Part shown: one piece after another, positions 13,801-24,500 of the stretch
Layout: the number at the start of each line of letters is the position of its first letter
How positions within the stretch are numbered: the stretch's first letter is position 1
NCBI GenBank assembly: GCA_028534125.1
Contig: CM052818.1
Span: 20,400,001-20,464,000 of the forward strand
From: Lama glama
Lineage: Eukaryota
Length of the DNA: 64,000 bases
Reading direction: 5' to 3'
Notes under the pieces: model-generated
Databases searched by the model: none
Seen by the model: the letters and a program-made list of their open reading frames with translations, nothing else
What the model was told of the DNA's origin: nothing
Position numbers and translations under genes: made by a program

Positions 13801-14564
13801 CATAGTAAAGAATACAAAATGGACAATTGCTCCCCTTTTTATCTTATTTAGAAAGTGGAAAAAACATTCAAGAAAATTCAAGCATGCTGTTCCTATTATA
13901 CTAACAGGTAGTTTAAGGATTTTTTTTTAATGAACTTTCCTTCTCCAAGGCTGTAAATGAAAAAGCTATGTGAAAAATTATTAGCAGATTGGAAGGGGAA
14001 AGGCCCATTGATTTTAATTGAGTATAGGGTTTGATGAGAAGTTCTGAAAGTTGTTTTGGAAACTAGATTGCTGGAGAATCAACGGAAAATGAAAACTCAC
14101 AGAGACAGCTCACTCCAGTAACACAACACACATGCCAGGGAGCACAGGGGAGTGACGAGTATACAACCAGAGCCCCTCCTTTCAGCCGATCTGTACCATT
14201 TCTGGGCATTTCCTACAGAATTCTGAAAGGCAGGAGGAGACGTGAGGTACGATGCAGGAGCAAATATTATACTCATCACATCGGCAACACCTCCTGGAAC
14301 AGAGTGTGGATCTGCTTGAGCCAAGCAAGGAACAACGCTTTACATCAAGGTGTTCCCAAAATCTGCCCTAAGCCATCTTGTGCTCAGCAGGAATACCTGC
14401 CATGATGGAAAAGTCTGTTCTCCTCTCCAGGTCAGCCCCCTTTTCATTCCTGAGGCTACCAAGGTGAATGTTAATGTTGCTGGGTTTTGTTTTTTTAATA
14501 AGCATTATCCTTTTTCTCCAAAGACAGTGAAACAGAGCAGAACCCTGTCGGGTTCTCCCTGGAA

Positions 14565-14785
14565 CAAAAAGGCAAATATCATAGACACTGAAAAGGGATC
14601 AGGGGTTGCCAGGGACTGGGGGTGAGCAAAGGATCTGACTATGAAAGGGAAAGATAATGGGAGAATTTGGGAAGGTGGTGAAACCATTCTATATTTTGAC
14701 TGCAGTAGTGGTTATATGACTGTGTGTATTTGTCAAAATTCACAAAACTGTACACTAAAACAAGTGAATTTTATTGTATATAATG
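14565..14785 (+). mobile_element. L1 (L1MC/L1MD-like) 3' end fragment
   Basis: aaaaggcaaa...ggttgccaggg...gtagtggttatatgactgtgtgtatttgtcaaaattcacaaaactgtacactaaaa...tgaattttattgtat. Confidence 0.7.
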
Positions 14786-14815
14786 AGATCTTTTTTTTTT
14801 TAAGGGGGGACTTAA

Positions 14816-14969
14816 GGGGGAGGGTATAGCTCAAATGGTAGAGCACATGCTCAGTATGCATGAGGTCCTGGGTTCAATTCCCAGTACCTCCTTTAAAAAA
14901 TAAATAAACCTAATTACCTCCCCCCTCCAAAAGATAAATTTAAAAAATTTAAAAACTAAATTAAAAAAA
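14816..14969 (+). mobile_element. tRNA-derived SINE, camelid Vic-1-like
   Basis: Head GGGGAGGGTATAGCTCAAATGGTAGAGC, A-box 14827-14838, B-box GGTTCAATTCC 14871-14881, then aaataaataaacctaattacctcccc and an A-rich tail. Two more copies are in the window. Confidence 0.85.
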
Positions 14970-16684
14970 GAGGGGGGCGAGGGAGTAATGAAGGAAGACC
15001 TATGTAGCCTCAGCCCCTGTGTCAAGAGCCCTGAAGAAAAGAACTACCCCAAGGAAAATTTAGAATGAAAATCTGCTCTAAGCATTTAAACAGCCTTTAC
15101 AACCAAGAACTCAAGTGAGCAGAACAGACTGTAAACATGAGCCCAGAGAGAGCTGGGGTATCTGGTATAAACCCAGGTCCCTCCACTGTCTGCTTCTGCC
15201 TTTAGTCCATGGACTTTCCATTCCCCTCTTCCCTGATCTCACCACCTTACCCAGGAAGACCTCCTGACTGCCCCTCACATAAGTCACATCTATTCCTCCA
15301 AGCTTCTGATTACATCAGTCCTCTTGCCTAGGACACAGCTCTTTCTCCCCTCTCCTAATCTCAATCTTTCCCATCTTTTAAGATCTAAAGCTTCCATGAA
15401 ACTTTCCCTACCAGAGCAGTCCACAAGGATCTCCTCTTCTTTGAACTATCTGAGGACCCGGAGTCTTTCCTATTCAATTTGATATTCATCCATTAAACAT
15501 TTAATTATACACTTTGAGTGCCTGATGGAATGTTCATATTGTTTCCTCAACTACACTGCTATTTACTTTAGAATAAGAAGCCCTTAAAATTTCTCTTGTG
15601 TCCATCTCCCCAACCTCACCCCCAGTACTTTCCGTGCCTAGTTCTAACCATCAATAATCGAATGAAATACCAAAATATCAACCACAGTAGGTAAGAGAAG
15701 CAACGTATTAAACACGTTGCAATTTATCTGCTCATAGCTCAAAATCTTTGTAAATTTTTTTCCTTGCATACAAGGTGATTAAAATGTCTTTTCACAAAAT
15801 AAAACCCACCCACGGTTCTAAACAATTTAACCATCCCTAAAGGATCCACAATAACAGTAAGTACATACATTTCTTGATGTGTGATTGTTTCCACTGTATT
15901 AGATTCCTTTCATGGTAGCACATTAAAATGAGAGTTGGGTTATTTCTCCTTTTTTAAAAAAAACAATAATCAAACAAAGTCTATACATTCATTTATTTTC
16001 TTCTAGAGGTCTTAGGCCAAGTATCTTGAGCTAATAGACACCCTCTACAGATGTTTCCAATTTTCATGCATGCTTATGTTTAAATTAGGTAGGCCAATTT
16101 AATTAGCCTTTTAATCTTGCAGAACAGCGATGCAAAAAGATCATGCTGAGTTACTGCCATCATATTCCGAGTCTCAAGTTACATTTCATCCCTTGCCCTT
16201 TGCTTATTTTATGGTAAAGTACAAATGGAAAACGCAATACTGATAAGGAATATTTGAGCAAGCAAATCATTGTTTTCTTCAGAAAATTTCCAACTGGCAT
16301 TTAAACTCTTCAGACTCTGTATTGATTTTTGAACCAGAAAGAAGCCATCAGTCTTCATTTCGGCTGGATTTACAGACCCCCTTTAATAACATCACAGAGT
16401 CTATGTGTATGGATGAGTTTGAGGACTGTTTTCTTCCCTGCTCGGAATCATGGGGCTGCATGAAGACCTTTGGCCCCTCTAGGGTCCCCTTCAAAGTGGA
16501 AGGGAGTGTTGAAAAGGCTCAGAAAGTTGAAGAGCTCATTGTCCAGGCTGATAATTTTGTCCAAGACCAGCTCTTTCTAGTTATGGCTTCCAGGTGTGAG
16601 TTTAGATATCATTCCCTGGGAGACAAAATAAAATAGAGGTGCAACTGCTACTATACCAGTGAGTATAAAGCAAAACCACTAGGC

Positions 16685-16858
16685 CAGTGGTTCTCAAACT
16701 TCAACCTGCATCAGAATCCCCCAGAAGCTTGCTGAAACACAGATTGGTGGAACTTTAACCTACATCAGAATCCCCTAGAAGCTTGCTGAAGCACAGGTTG
16801 CTGGGCCTCACCTGGCTTTCTAGTCAGGAGCTCTGGGTTGGGGCCTGAGAATGTGCAT
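16685..16858 (+). mobile_element. MER5A-like hAT-Charlie MITE with an internal 54-bp tandem duplication
   Basis: TIR cagtggttctcaaact, tgcatcagaatc, gattgctgggcc-like, ggggcctgagaatgtgcat. Confidence 0.75.
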
Positions 16859-16911
16859 CCTTCCCTCAAGACAGCCACCGCAGCCCCAGGGAGTGAGACT
16901 TCCGAGGCATT

Positions 16912-17296
16912 TCCTTTCTTTTCCCCTTTTTATTGAAGTATAGTTGATTTACAATACTGTGTTAATTTCAGGCATTTGGCACAGTGTTTATTTGGGCTTT
17001 TTTGGTAGATTATATTCCTTCAATGATTATTAGAAGATACTGGGCATAATTCCCTGTACTATACAGTAAATCCTGGTTGCTTATCTACTTTATGTAGAGT
17101 AGTTTGTACTTGTTAATCCCATACTCTTGATTTGTCCCTCTCTCCCTCCGTCCCTCACCCCTTTGGTTACCATAAGTCTGTTTTCTACATCTGTGAGCCT
17201 GTTTTGTATATGGATTCATTTGTATTATTTTTTAGATTCCACATATAAGTAATATCTCAGAGTGGCTATCATCAAAAAGTCTACAAATAACCAATG
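16912..17296 (-). mobile_element. Cetartiodactyl-type L1, 5'-truncated with short 5' inversion
   Basis: T-rich tail, then ttattgaagtatagttgatttacaat (antisense L1 3' end) to ~17256. 17257-17296 is sense-oriented L1 ORF2 sequence (tcagagtggctatcatcaaaaagtctacaaa). Flanked by direct repeat CCGAGGCATT at 16902-16911 and 17297-17306. Confidence 0.8.
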
Positions 17297-17769
17297 CCGA
17301 GGCATTCTCATAAGCATTCTTTAGAGAGTTCCCAGGGAGTCTGCTGCCCCTACATCTTGTGAATGCTTCTAGGAGCAGAACTACTGAGTCAGCTGGGAAG
17401 CATCTCCTGCTAGCAGGTGACTAAGCCTCCGGGTGAGGTGGGCAGTGGAGTGGAGCAAATGGAAGGCAAATGGTTGTGTGAAGGACATGTAGGTACAAAG
17501 GGAGAACAGCGCCACCAGCAGGAGAACCCTGGAATTCCACGTCCACCAGAGCGCGTCTGCAGTGTCAAAAACTGAGCCCAGCTCCTCCAGGGGCTGAAGG
17601 AGCGACTGTAGGGGTGTACTTCACCCCCCAGGAGAGGGCGCTAAAGGCTGCACACCCCGCGCTCCCTTCTCCTGGGCTCATTTAGGGTTTCCACCACTTT
17701 GGAAGCTAAGGAGAAGCCGTCATTCGTGACTAGCTTCTCTGTTCTCCCAGAGAGAGATTCTAGGTTTTT

Positions 17770-17913
17770 AAGCTTTAAAACACATGGAGGGCTTGGTCCC
17801 GCCCTCAGAGACTCCCATTTAAATGGTCTGGGGATCAGCCCTCCATGGGTTTTTTTTTTTTTTTTAAAGATTCCCAGGTGACCTTAACCTGGAGTAAAAA
17901 TTGAGAACCACTG
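17770..17913 (+). mobile_element. MER5-like hAT MITE, 3' portion
   Basis: ccgccctcagagactc...aatggtctgggg...cccaggtga...ttgagaaccactg terminal repeat. Confidence 0.65.
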
Positions 17914-18326
17914 GCAAACCAGCTCTGGGCTTCTTGGCCCAAAGGAAGCCTGTGTGCTTCCTTTCCCTGCCCTTCTGGTTCTGAGATTCTCCAGGTGTGT
18001 TCCACTAACATCACCTTAATGTTCAGCAGACATTAGACTGGACCCCATGACAAAGGAGAAGAGGAGGCTTCAGAGCCGAGTATCTTCCAGATAATTGAAT
18101 GCAAGCGGTAAAGTCGGAAGGAAACTGGTGGAGGGTTATTTTGGAGCTCTCAGTTTTTTGAGAATTTCATATCTCAAACATCACTCAGTAATGTAAAAAA
18201 AAAAAAAGGACAGCTGTCTTGAACTTCCTCTCCAGGAAATTAGCTTTCAGGGAGAACTCACACTTACCAAATGAAACAGATTCTCATACTGTAGTCTACA
18301 GTTTCATTTGGCTACTTAAAAAAAAA

Positions 18327-18413
18327 TTTTTTTTTAAATGGAGGTACTGGGGATTGAACCCAGGATCTCATCCATACTAAACACATGCTCTACCAGTGAG
18401 CCACACCCTATCC
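18327..18413 (-). mobile_element. tRNA-derived SINE, camelid Vic-1-like (short)
   Basis: Antisense ggaggtactggggattgaacccagg...catgctctaccagtgagccacaccc after poly-T; homologous to the 14816 copy. Confidence 0.8.
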
Positions 18414-19239
18414 TCTACTGTTTTGTCCTGTTTATAAGTGCCTTGAAAGTAGAAACTGGTTGCCAATAGAACCTTTGTGTTACGGGGCACGGCTTAAAAA
18501 AAGCACTTTCAGTATTCTTACTTTTTCTACACAAGTTGCATTCCTAGAAAGCAGCATGTCAATGGAATTGCAATCCCTCAAACCCAGTTTCAAATGTACA
18601 TTAAGTGCTCTATAAGGGAGCCCTGTGGTGAGTGCTTTTGAAGAGTGACTTAATTTGGGAGGTAATGCTAATAAGTATACTTTAATTCAACTATTTGGTA
18701 AAGCTAAATTTTAACAGAGCAATTTCAGTGTAAAATAGAGGTTGTCTTCTGTTCCCCTAATTTGAACCTTTAAGGGGCTTGGGGTATGTTATAATAAATT
18801 CTGCTGTAGTTCATGCTCCTTCAGAATATTTGCAGCAAAGGAGGGGTGTTTTATTGGTTTAAACTTCACCGCACTTCTATATGTTGAGTCACACACACAG
18901 AACAATGATGACTCGCCTGTGCTTACAAGGCCCAGGAGCCACATGGTGTAATGAAATGAGTAGAATCATTATCAGTTGGGGACTGAGGACCTTCTGCTCA
19001 CCATCAGCTAGTTGTGTGCCACTGAGGGAGTCCCTTTCCTTTTCTGGGCTTTGGTTTATCTGTGTGACAGAAATATTGGACTAGGTGATTTCTAAAGGCT
19101 TTTTCAGCTCTGGCATTTTAAGATTTCAGGCTTCTTTGAAGAGTCTGGATCATCTGAGGTTGTCAAATTCTACTGTCCTAGAATCACCTCTATTAGCATT
19201 TGGCACAAACTCACAAGAGGAGGTGTGGGAGAAACAAGC

Positions 19240-19370
19240 TCACTGTGTGTGACTGTGTAGGTTGCGCACTGCACAAAAGTCCTCAGTGGCTACATCTGCC
19301 CCCAGCAGAGGGCTGTATTAGCAGAGGGCTCCCCAATGTGTTAGGTGCTACATGGTCTCGCCTGGCCCTG
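19240..19370 (+). mobile_element. Possible MER91-like hAT-Tip100 remnant
   Basis: tgtgtaggttgcgcactgcacaa resembles the MER91B 5' region as recalled; gccctg near 19364 may be a TIR remnant. Confidence 0.35.
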
Positions 19371-19693
19371 GTGGAAGCAGGACCTTTAAACCTAAGGGCA
19401 GCAAAGCACAAATCTTGTGGTTAACATCAAAATGGGGTCCCATGACAAAAGGCTACCCTTCTGGGCCCAGGAGAAGCTTGGCTCAAGTGTGGAGACCGTG
19501 TACACTTAAATGTTACCTAGTTTCAGTGAAGAAGTCAGGGTTAAGGAGGATTTATAGAAGTCCAAAGACTTGCAAGGCAGAGGGACACATCTGAGGAGAT
19601 GACTGTGACTGGAAACATTAGTTACTGAAGAGCCTTTATGAAAACCAGATGACCAGTTCCTCCTTTGAGTCCGAGGGTAAAGTTGTGTAGAGC

Positions 19694-19860
19694 AGTGGTT
19701 CCCAAAACCTGGTTGCTTATCAGAGTGACCTGGGAAGCCAGTGCAGCCACAGACTCCTGAACCACTCCCCAATCCTACCGAGTGAGGATTAAACATCTGT
19801 AATTTCCATCAGCTCCCCAGGGAATCTGGCACAGCCAACACAGCAGCAGACAATATTACA
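19694..19860 (+). mobile_element. MER5-like hAT MITE
   Basis: cagtggttcccaaa...atcagagtgacctggg...cagactcctga...agctccccagggaatctg. Confidence 0.55.
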
Positions 19861-20799
19861 GTGTTTGATTAGGCCCTGGGTGTTAAGCTGTGGGAAGGAC
19901 TGGAGAATAATTCACACTCATGACCAGGGATGAAGGGCAAGGACACCGTTTGGGGCTTTCTGTCTGGTGGCCAAGTGAGCACAGTCCCAGGCAGACAATT
20001 TGGGGCTACCCAGGGGGCATTTAACTAAGATGAGCCGAGTTCCCAGAAGGTACTCAAGGAACACAAGTCCTCCTACTCGTCCTCTAGCTGCTACTCTTCC
20101 CTGAACACCTGTCACCTTGAGCCAACAGGAGTACAAACCACAGAGACGGTACACATATCATGCTCATCAGCATCCCACCCCCTCAGCATCCATCCCTCTT
20201 TCTGCTGTCCATGCGCTTGCAGTAATCATTTTTACTCCAGTGCTTATTAGACAGTTGGCCTAGGGCATCATCAAACCAGGCATCTGGTAGTCCCTGGGGA
20301 AACTGGGGCAGAGTCAAGAAGAATAAAGCCCAGTGATGACCTTGAAAGCTATTTTTCCCTCACCCAGCCAGAGTTACCCATGCAAATGCACTGTGACATC
20401 TTTATCAGCTACCCTCAAAATTAGAAAGTGAGAAGCAGAAATAAATGAACTCTCAGGGAGTGTAACTGAAATTCTGCCAGCAAGTTTCAAGATAAATCTT
20501 TTCATAATAAAACATGAAAATCATCTAAAGATCAGAGGTTGGCTGATGTCCATTACCGGGTAATAAATTATCTGATGTATAAAGCAGTGATCTGTTTTAA
20601 TGACTATGGTTAAAATTAGGCATTCATTTTTGGTAAATATATTGATTGTATTAAAGGCAAAACCCAGTTTAGCTGAATATAGCTTCAGTCTTTGATCAAA
20701 ATTTCATTCACAGAAAACCATCTTTGTTATGTTCCCAGGATACTATTTAAGGAAATATTTTCTAAGAATTTATTTAAGGCAAGTGTTTTGCTTCATAAA

Positions 20800-22100
20800 G
20801 CTAACACAAGAAGAAATTAAAACCATGAATAGATCGATAATCATTTTTTAAATCAATAATTCAAAAATATATGCATTTCTAATTTAAATCCCAATAGGTT
20901 TCTCACAGAATTTGAGAAGTTGATCTTAAAATTCACAGAAAAGTGGCCCAAAGTTGCACACACATAAAAGTGTTGACAAAGAAGAATAAAGAATGGAACC
21001 ATGCTCTACAGATATCAAGATTGGTTTCACAGCTAGAGCAATTAAAACAATGTGTATTGGTTCAGGGATAGATAGACAGACCAAAAGAACAGAACAGAGA
21101 CCTGAAGTAGGAGACTCAGTGGGGAAACTATGGGACTGATCACAACATGAACCTAGGCGCCCAGGTTGTCAAAATAGAAAAAAAAGAAAAAAGAAAAAGA
21201 ATTAGACCCAAGTGTAAAAAGCAAAACACTAAAACTTTCAATTAAAAAAAATTTCTGTCATTTAGAGGATTTATTCATCAGAATGCAAAGAGCACAAACC
21301 AAGCATAATCATATTAAAATGTAAAACTGCACCACAGAAGACACCATAAATAAATTATACTAGCAAGCCAGAGACACTGTGAGAAGATATTTGCAACACA
21401 TAATAGATTCAGATTTGGTAGTTCAGTATGTATCAAAAATCCCTACCATCAGCAAGAGAAAGACCAGCAAAACAAAAAGAAAAATTAGCAAAGGATAGAA
21501 ACAGTTTCTTCTCAGGGGACATACAGCTGGCCAATAATCCTAACAGGATCCTCAACCTTACAAGTGATCAGGGAAATGCAGACTAAAACAATAATGAGGT
21601 GCCATGTTACACTTACTGGTTGGCAAAAATTTAAAGTCTGACAATATTAAGTACTGGTGCGGAAGTAAAGAAGCAAACTCTGACATACTGCCCATGGAGA
21701 TGCAAACTAATATAACCAAGTTGAAGAACACTCTGGCAATAATGAGCTAAGCTGATAATGTGCATAACCTACAACCTAGCAGTTTCTTCCTAAGTGCATA
21801 CCCTAGGAAAATTTGCACACATATACCCAAAGAGACACACACAAAGATGTTCAGTGGAACACTGTTTGTGGTAGTAAAAAACTGAAAACGACTTAAACGT
21901 CCACCAACAAGTGAAAATGGATAAAAACTGATTTTGCCAAACAAGGAATATCATCTAGTAGTTAAAATGAATGAACTAGATGTAATATGTCAACGTAGAC
22001 AAATCTTTGAAACATGTCTCCTTAAAAAAAGCAAGTTACAAAAGAAAAGATACACAATGATATCATTCATATAAAATCAAATTCACAAAACATTTATGGA
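20800..22100 (+). mobile_element. Old L1 (L1M) ORF2 3' region, degenerate
   Basis: aaatcccaatagg...ttgatcttaaaattca, gggatagatagacagaccaa, gagaagatatttgcaacaca, atcagggaaatgcagactaaaacaataatgagg, ttggcaaaaatttaaagtctgacaata; many stops and frameshifts. Confidence 0.8.
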
Positions 22101-23134
22101 CACACACACACACACACACGTGCGTGCATATGAATGGGCTGAACGCCATCTTCAGCCCAGTGGTTACCTCTGGGGAAAGAGGAGCAGAAATCTCTTCTTG
22201 AGGGCATTCCAACTATATGTCATGTCTTATTTCTTTAACAAAGACAATGAGAAAGATCTGAAGCAAATATTACATTTTTATATTCACTAACCAGGGGTAA
22301 TGAGATTGCCACTAAATTATCCCTGCTTTTTCATCTATTATTTGAAATATTTCCAACATTTTTAAAGGTTCTGTGTGTCCATATGCCAATGAGCATTTGT
22401 TTTAAAAGTGGCACACTATCATGTGGCAACAACTTGCCCTCAGTCCACTGAATTTGGAGATGTGACGCTGGAACACTCACAAATAAAGTAACAGTGCAAC
22501 TTTAAAATAGATACGATTTATAGATCATTTGCCCCCCACCGCTGAAGTTATTAGCCTGTGTCTTAACATGTAGACAATAGACATTTATATGTGAGCAGTC
22601 CAGGATGAGTTGGGGAGAGGGAGTTTTACTACTGTTCAGAGAATGTTGCTAACCTCACATGTTCATTGTTGTCTGACTTCATCCTACTTCTCAGCCATTT
22701 TTACATCTCCAAACTTTACTGGGTAAAACAGGCTAGAAAAGGAATACAAATTTCATTGCAAGAAATGTTGACTGAATAGTCCTTCTCCAAAGAAATAATC
22801 CTTGAGACTGTGTATTGTAATCACCACTACCACAACAAATCTGGAAACCCGAATGTCTACCAACCGGAAAATAATTAAGTGAAATACCAAACTGCTAGAA
22901 TACAAATGATAATTATAAAGACTATGTAACAAAACGGACAAATGTTTGCTTAAAAAGAACACTGAGACTATAACCACATTAAAAGATGTTTTCAAGTAGT
23001 CGAAAGATCAGAAGATCAGTTCTTCAAGTTCTGAAGATAAGAAGACATGTAAAAATGAAAATAATTATGTTATCACTGTATGATTATAAACATTATTTCA
23101 AGCTGTTAACATTTTGATGCATTTATTCCTTAAG

Positions 23135-23550
23135 TATTTTTTTTTGGTAATGGATTTATTGATATATAATGTCCTAATATAACAGGTCACTGTACCATTG
23201 ATCCATTTAGAGCATATCATCACCAGTTTTTAGTAGATCACAGATGTGCAACCATCTCCAGAGACAATTTAAGACCATTTTCATCACATCAAAAAGAAAC
23301 CCTTATACCCTTTAGCAGACACTCTCCATTTCCCAGCCTCTGCCCCTGGCAGTCACTGATGTCCTTTTGTCTCTGGAGATTTGCCTATTCTGGACATTTC
23401 ATATAAATGGAATCATACAACATATGACTTCTGTGTCTAGCCACTACCACTGAGCATATTTTCAAGGTTCATCCATACTGTAGTGTGTATCAGTACTTCA
23501 TTTCTTTTTATTGCCAAATAGTATTCCATTGAGTGGACATACTTCCCTTC
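23135..23550 (-). mobile_element. L1MB/L1MC-like 3' end fragment
   Basis: tttattgatatataat...tgtgcaaccatc...catttcatcac-like...cccctggcagtcact...gatttgcctattctggacatttcatataaatggaatcatacaa...ttcaaggttcatccat. Confidence 0.8.
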
Positions 23551-24249
23551 ATTTATGTGGCACTATTTTTACAATACCAATAAATACACTATGTGATGAA
23601 GAGAGGTTCAGAGAGTTTTCCATCTACCCTATTCTCACATGAATTACTTCTGGTGGCTGAATGATGACCTCAGGGGAGTGAATGCCTCAGAGTTTAGGTC
23701 TACTGGGTCATAATTGGGATTTGGCTATTGGGTAGGACAGGCAGACTGGACAGGGACGAGAAATCTCTAGGGGGTAGAGTTGACAATTGGTGAAGTTTGT
23801 TAGAGAGAAGAGGAAGCAACGGAGGGTTTTAGCACAAGCAGGAGGAGGCTGGAAAGGTAGGAGTTGGGAAGGAGAACACAGGGCAGAAAAGAGGCACTGG
23901 TGCCTACAGGTGATCGGCTGCCCAGGGAGATCCAGCCAACAGGAGGATCCAAAGCAGAGGACTGGGCTCCAGAGTGGGCTTGAATGCATGGAAAGCCCTG
24001 GGGCACTGAACAGAAGACCAGAGCATGGACTTGGCTGTGGGGTTAGAGCAGCTCGCAGCTACCGAAAGCCTGGTCAGGGCAGAGCTGGGGCTACTCAACC
24101 AGGGGTTTGAGGCCAGAGAAGGACCAAGGGAGGGCAGAGCTGAGAGGATGCTGTCCCCTGGGGCCTAGAGACTGAAACTGAGTTAAGGATTACAGAAGCC
24201 ATGGGATCAGGAGGACTAAGAGGGAAAAGGCAATTTCATCACTGTCATA

Positions 24250-24500
24250 ACAGCAGGCACCACTGATTATCTGCTATGCACCAAGCATGGTGACACTGCT
24301 ATGCACCAAGCATGGTGATAGGTGGTTCCATGTATATCATCATTAATCTTCAGAACCACTTACAAGGAAGGTACCATCACTACCTTAATTTTAGAGATGA
24401 GAAGACCGAGCCTTACAGAGGTACAACAATAATGCAACAGAAAGTGACAAAGCAAGCTATGAACCTGAGTCTGACTCCAGAGCCTACATCTGCAGTTCTG
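24250..24500 (-). mobile_element. MIR SINE with a 25-bp tandem duplication
   Basis: aattttagagatgagaagaccgag core; ctgctatgcaccaagcatggtga(c/t)a is present twice. Confidence 0.6.

Noticed and set aside
14816..14892. tRNA gene-like sequence
   Set aside because: Followed by a SINE body and A-rich tail, with diverged copies elsewhere in the window; it is a tRNA-derived SINE, not a tRNA gene.
16683..17915. 15-bp perfect inverted repeat (GCCAGTGGTTCTCAA / TTGAGAACCACTGGC) bracketing 1.2 kb, resembling a composite transposon
   Set aside because: These are the TIRs of two separate MER5-like copies whose middle parts overlap in the consensus. No shared 8-bp TSD and no transposase.
18262..18270. Strong-looking minus-strand donor TTG|GTAAGT near a SINE (possible cryptic exon)
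   Set aside because: No convincing upstream acceptor or reading frame; such motifs are frequent in long introns.
20800..22100. Possible reverse-transcriptase coding region
   Set aside because: Heavily degenerate L1 fossil with no intact reading frame.
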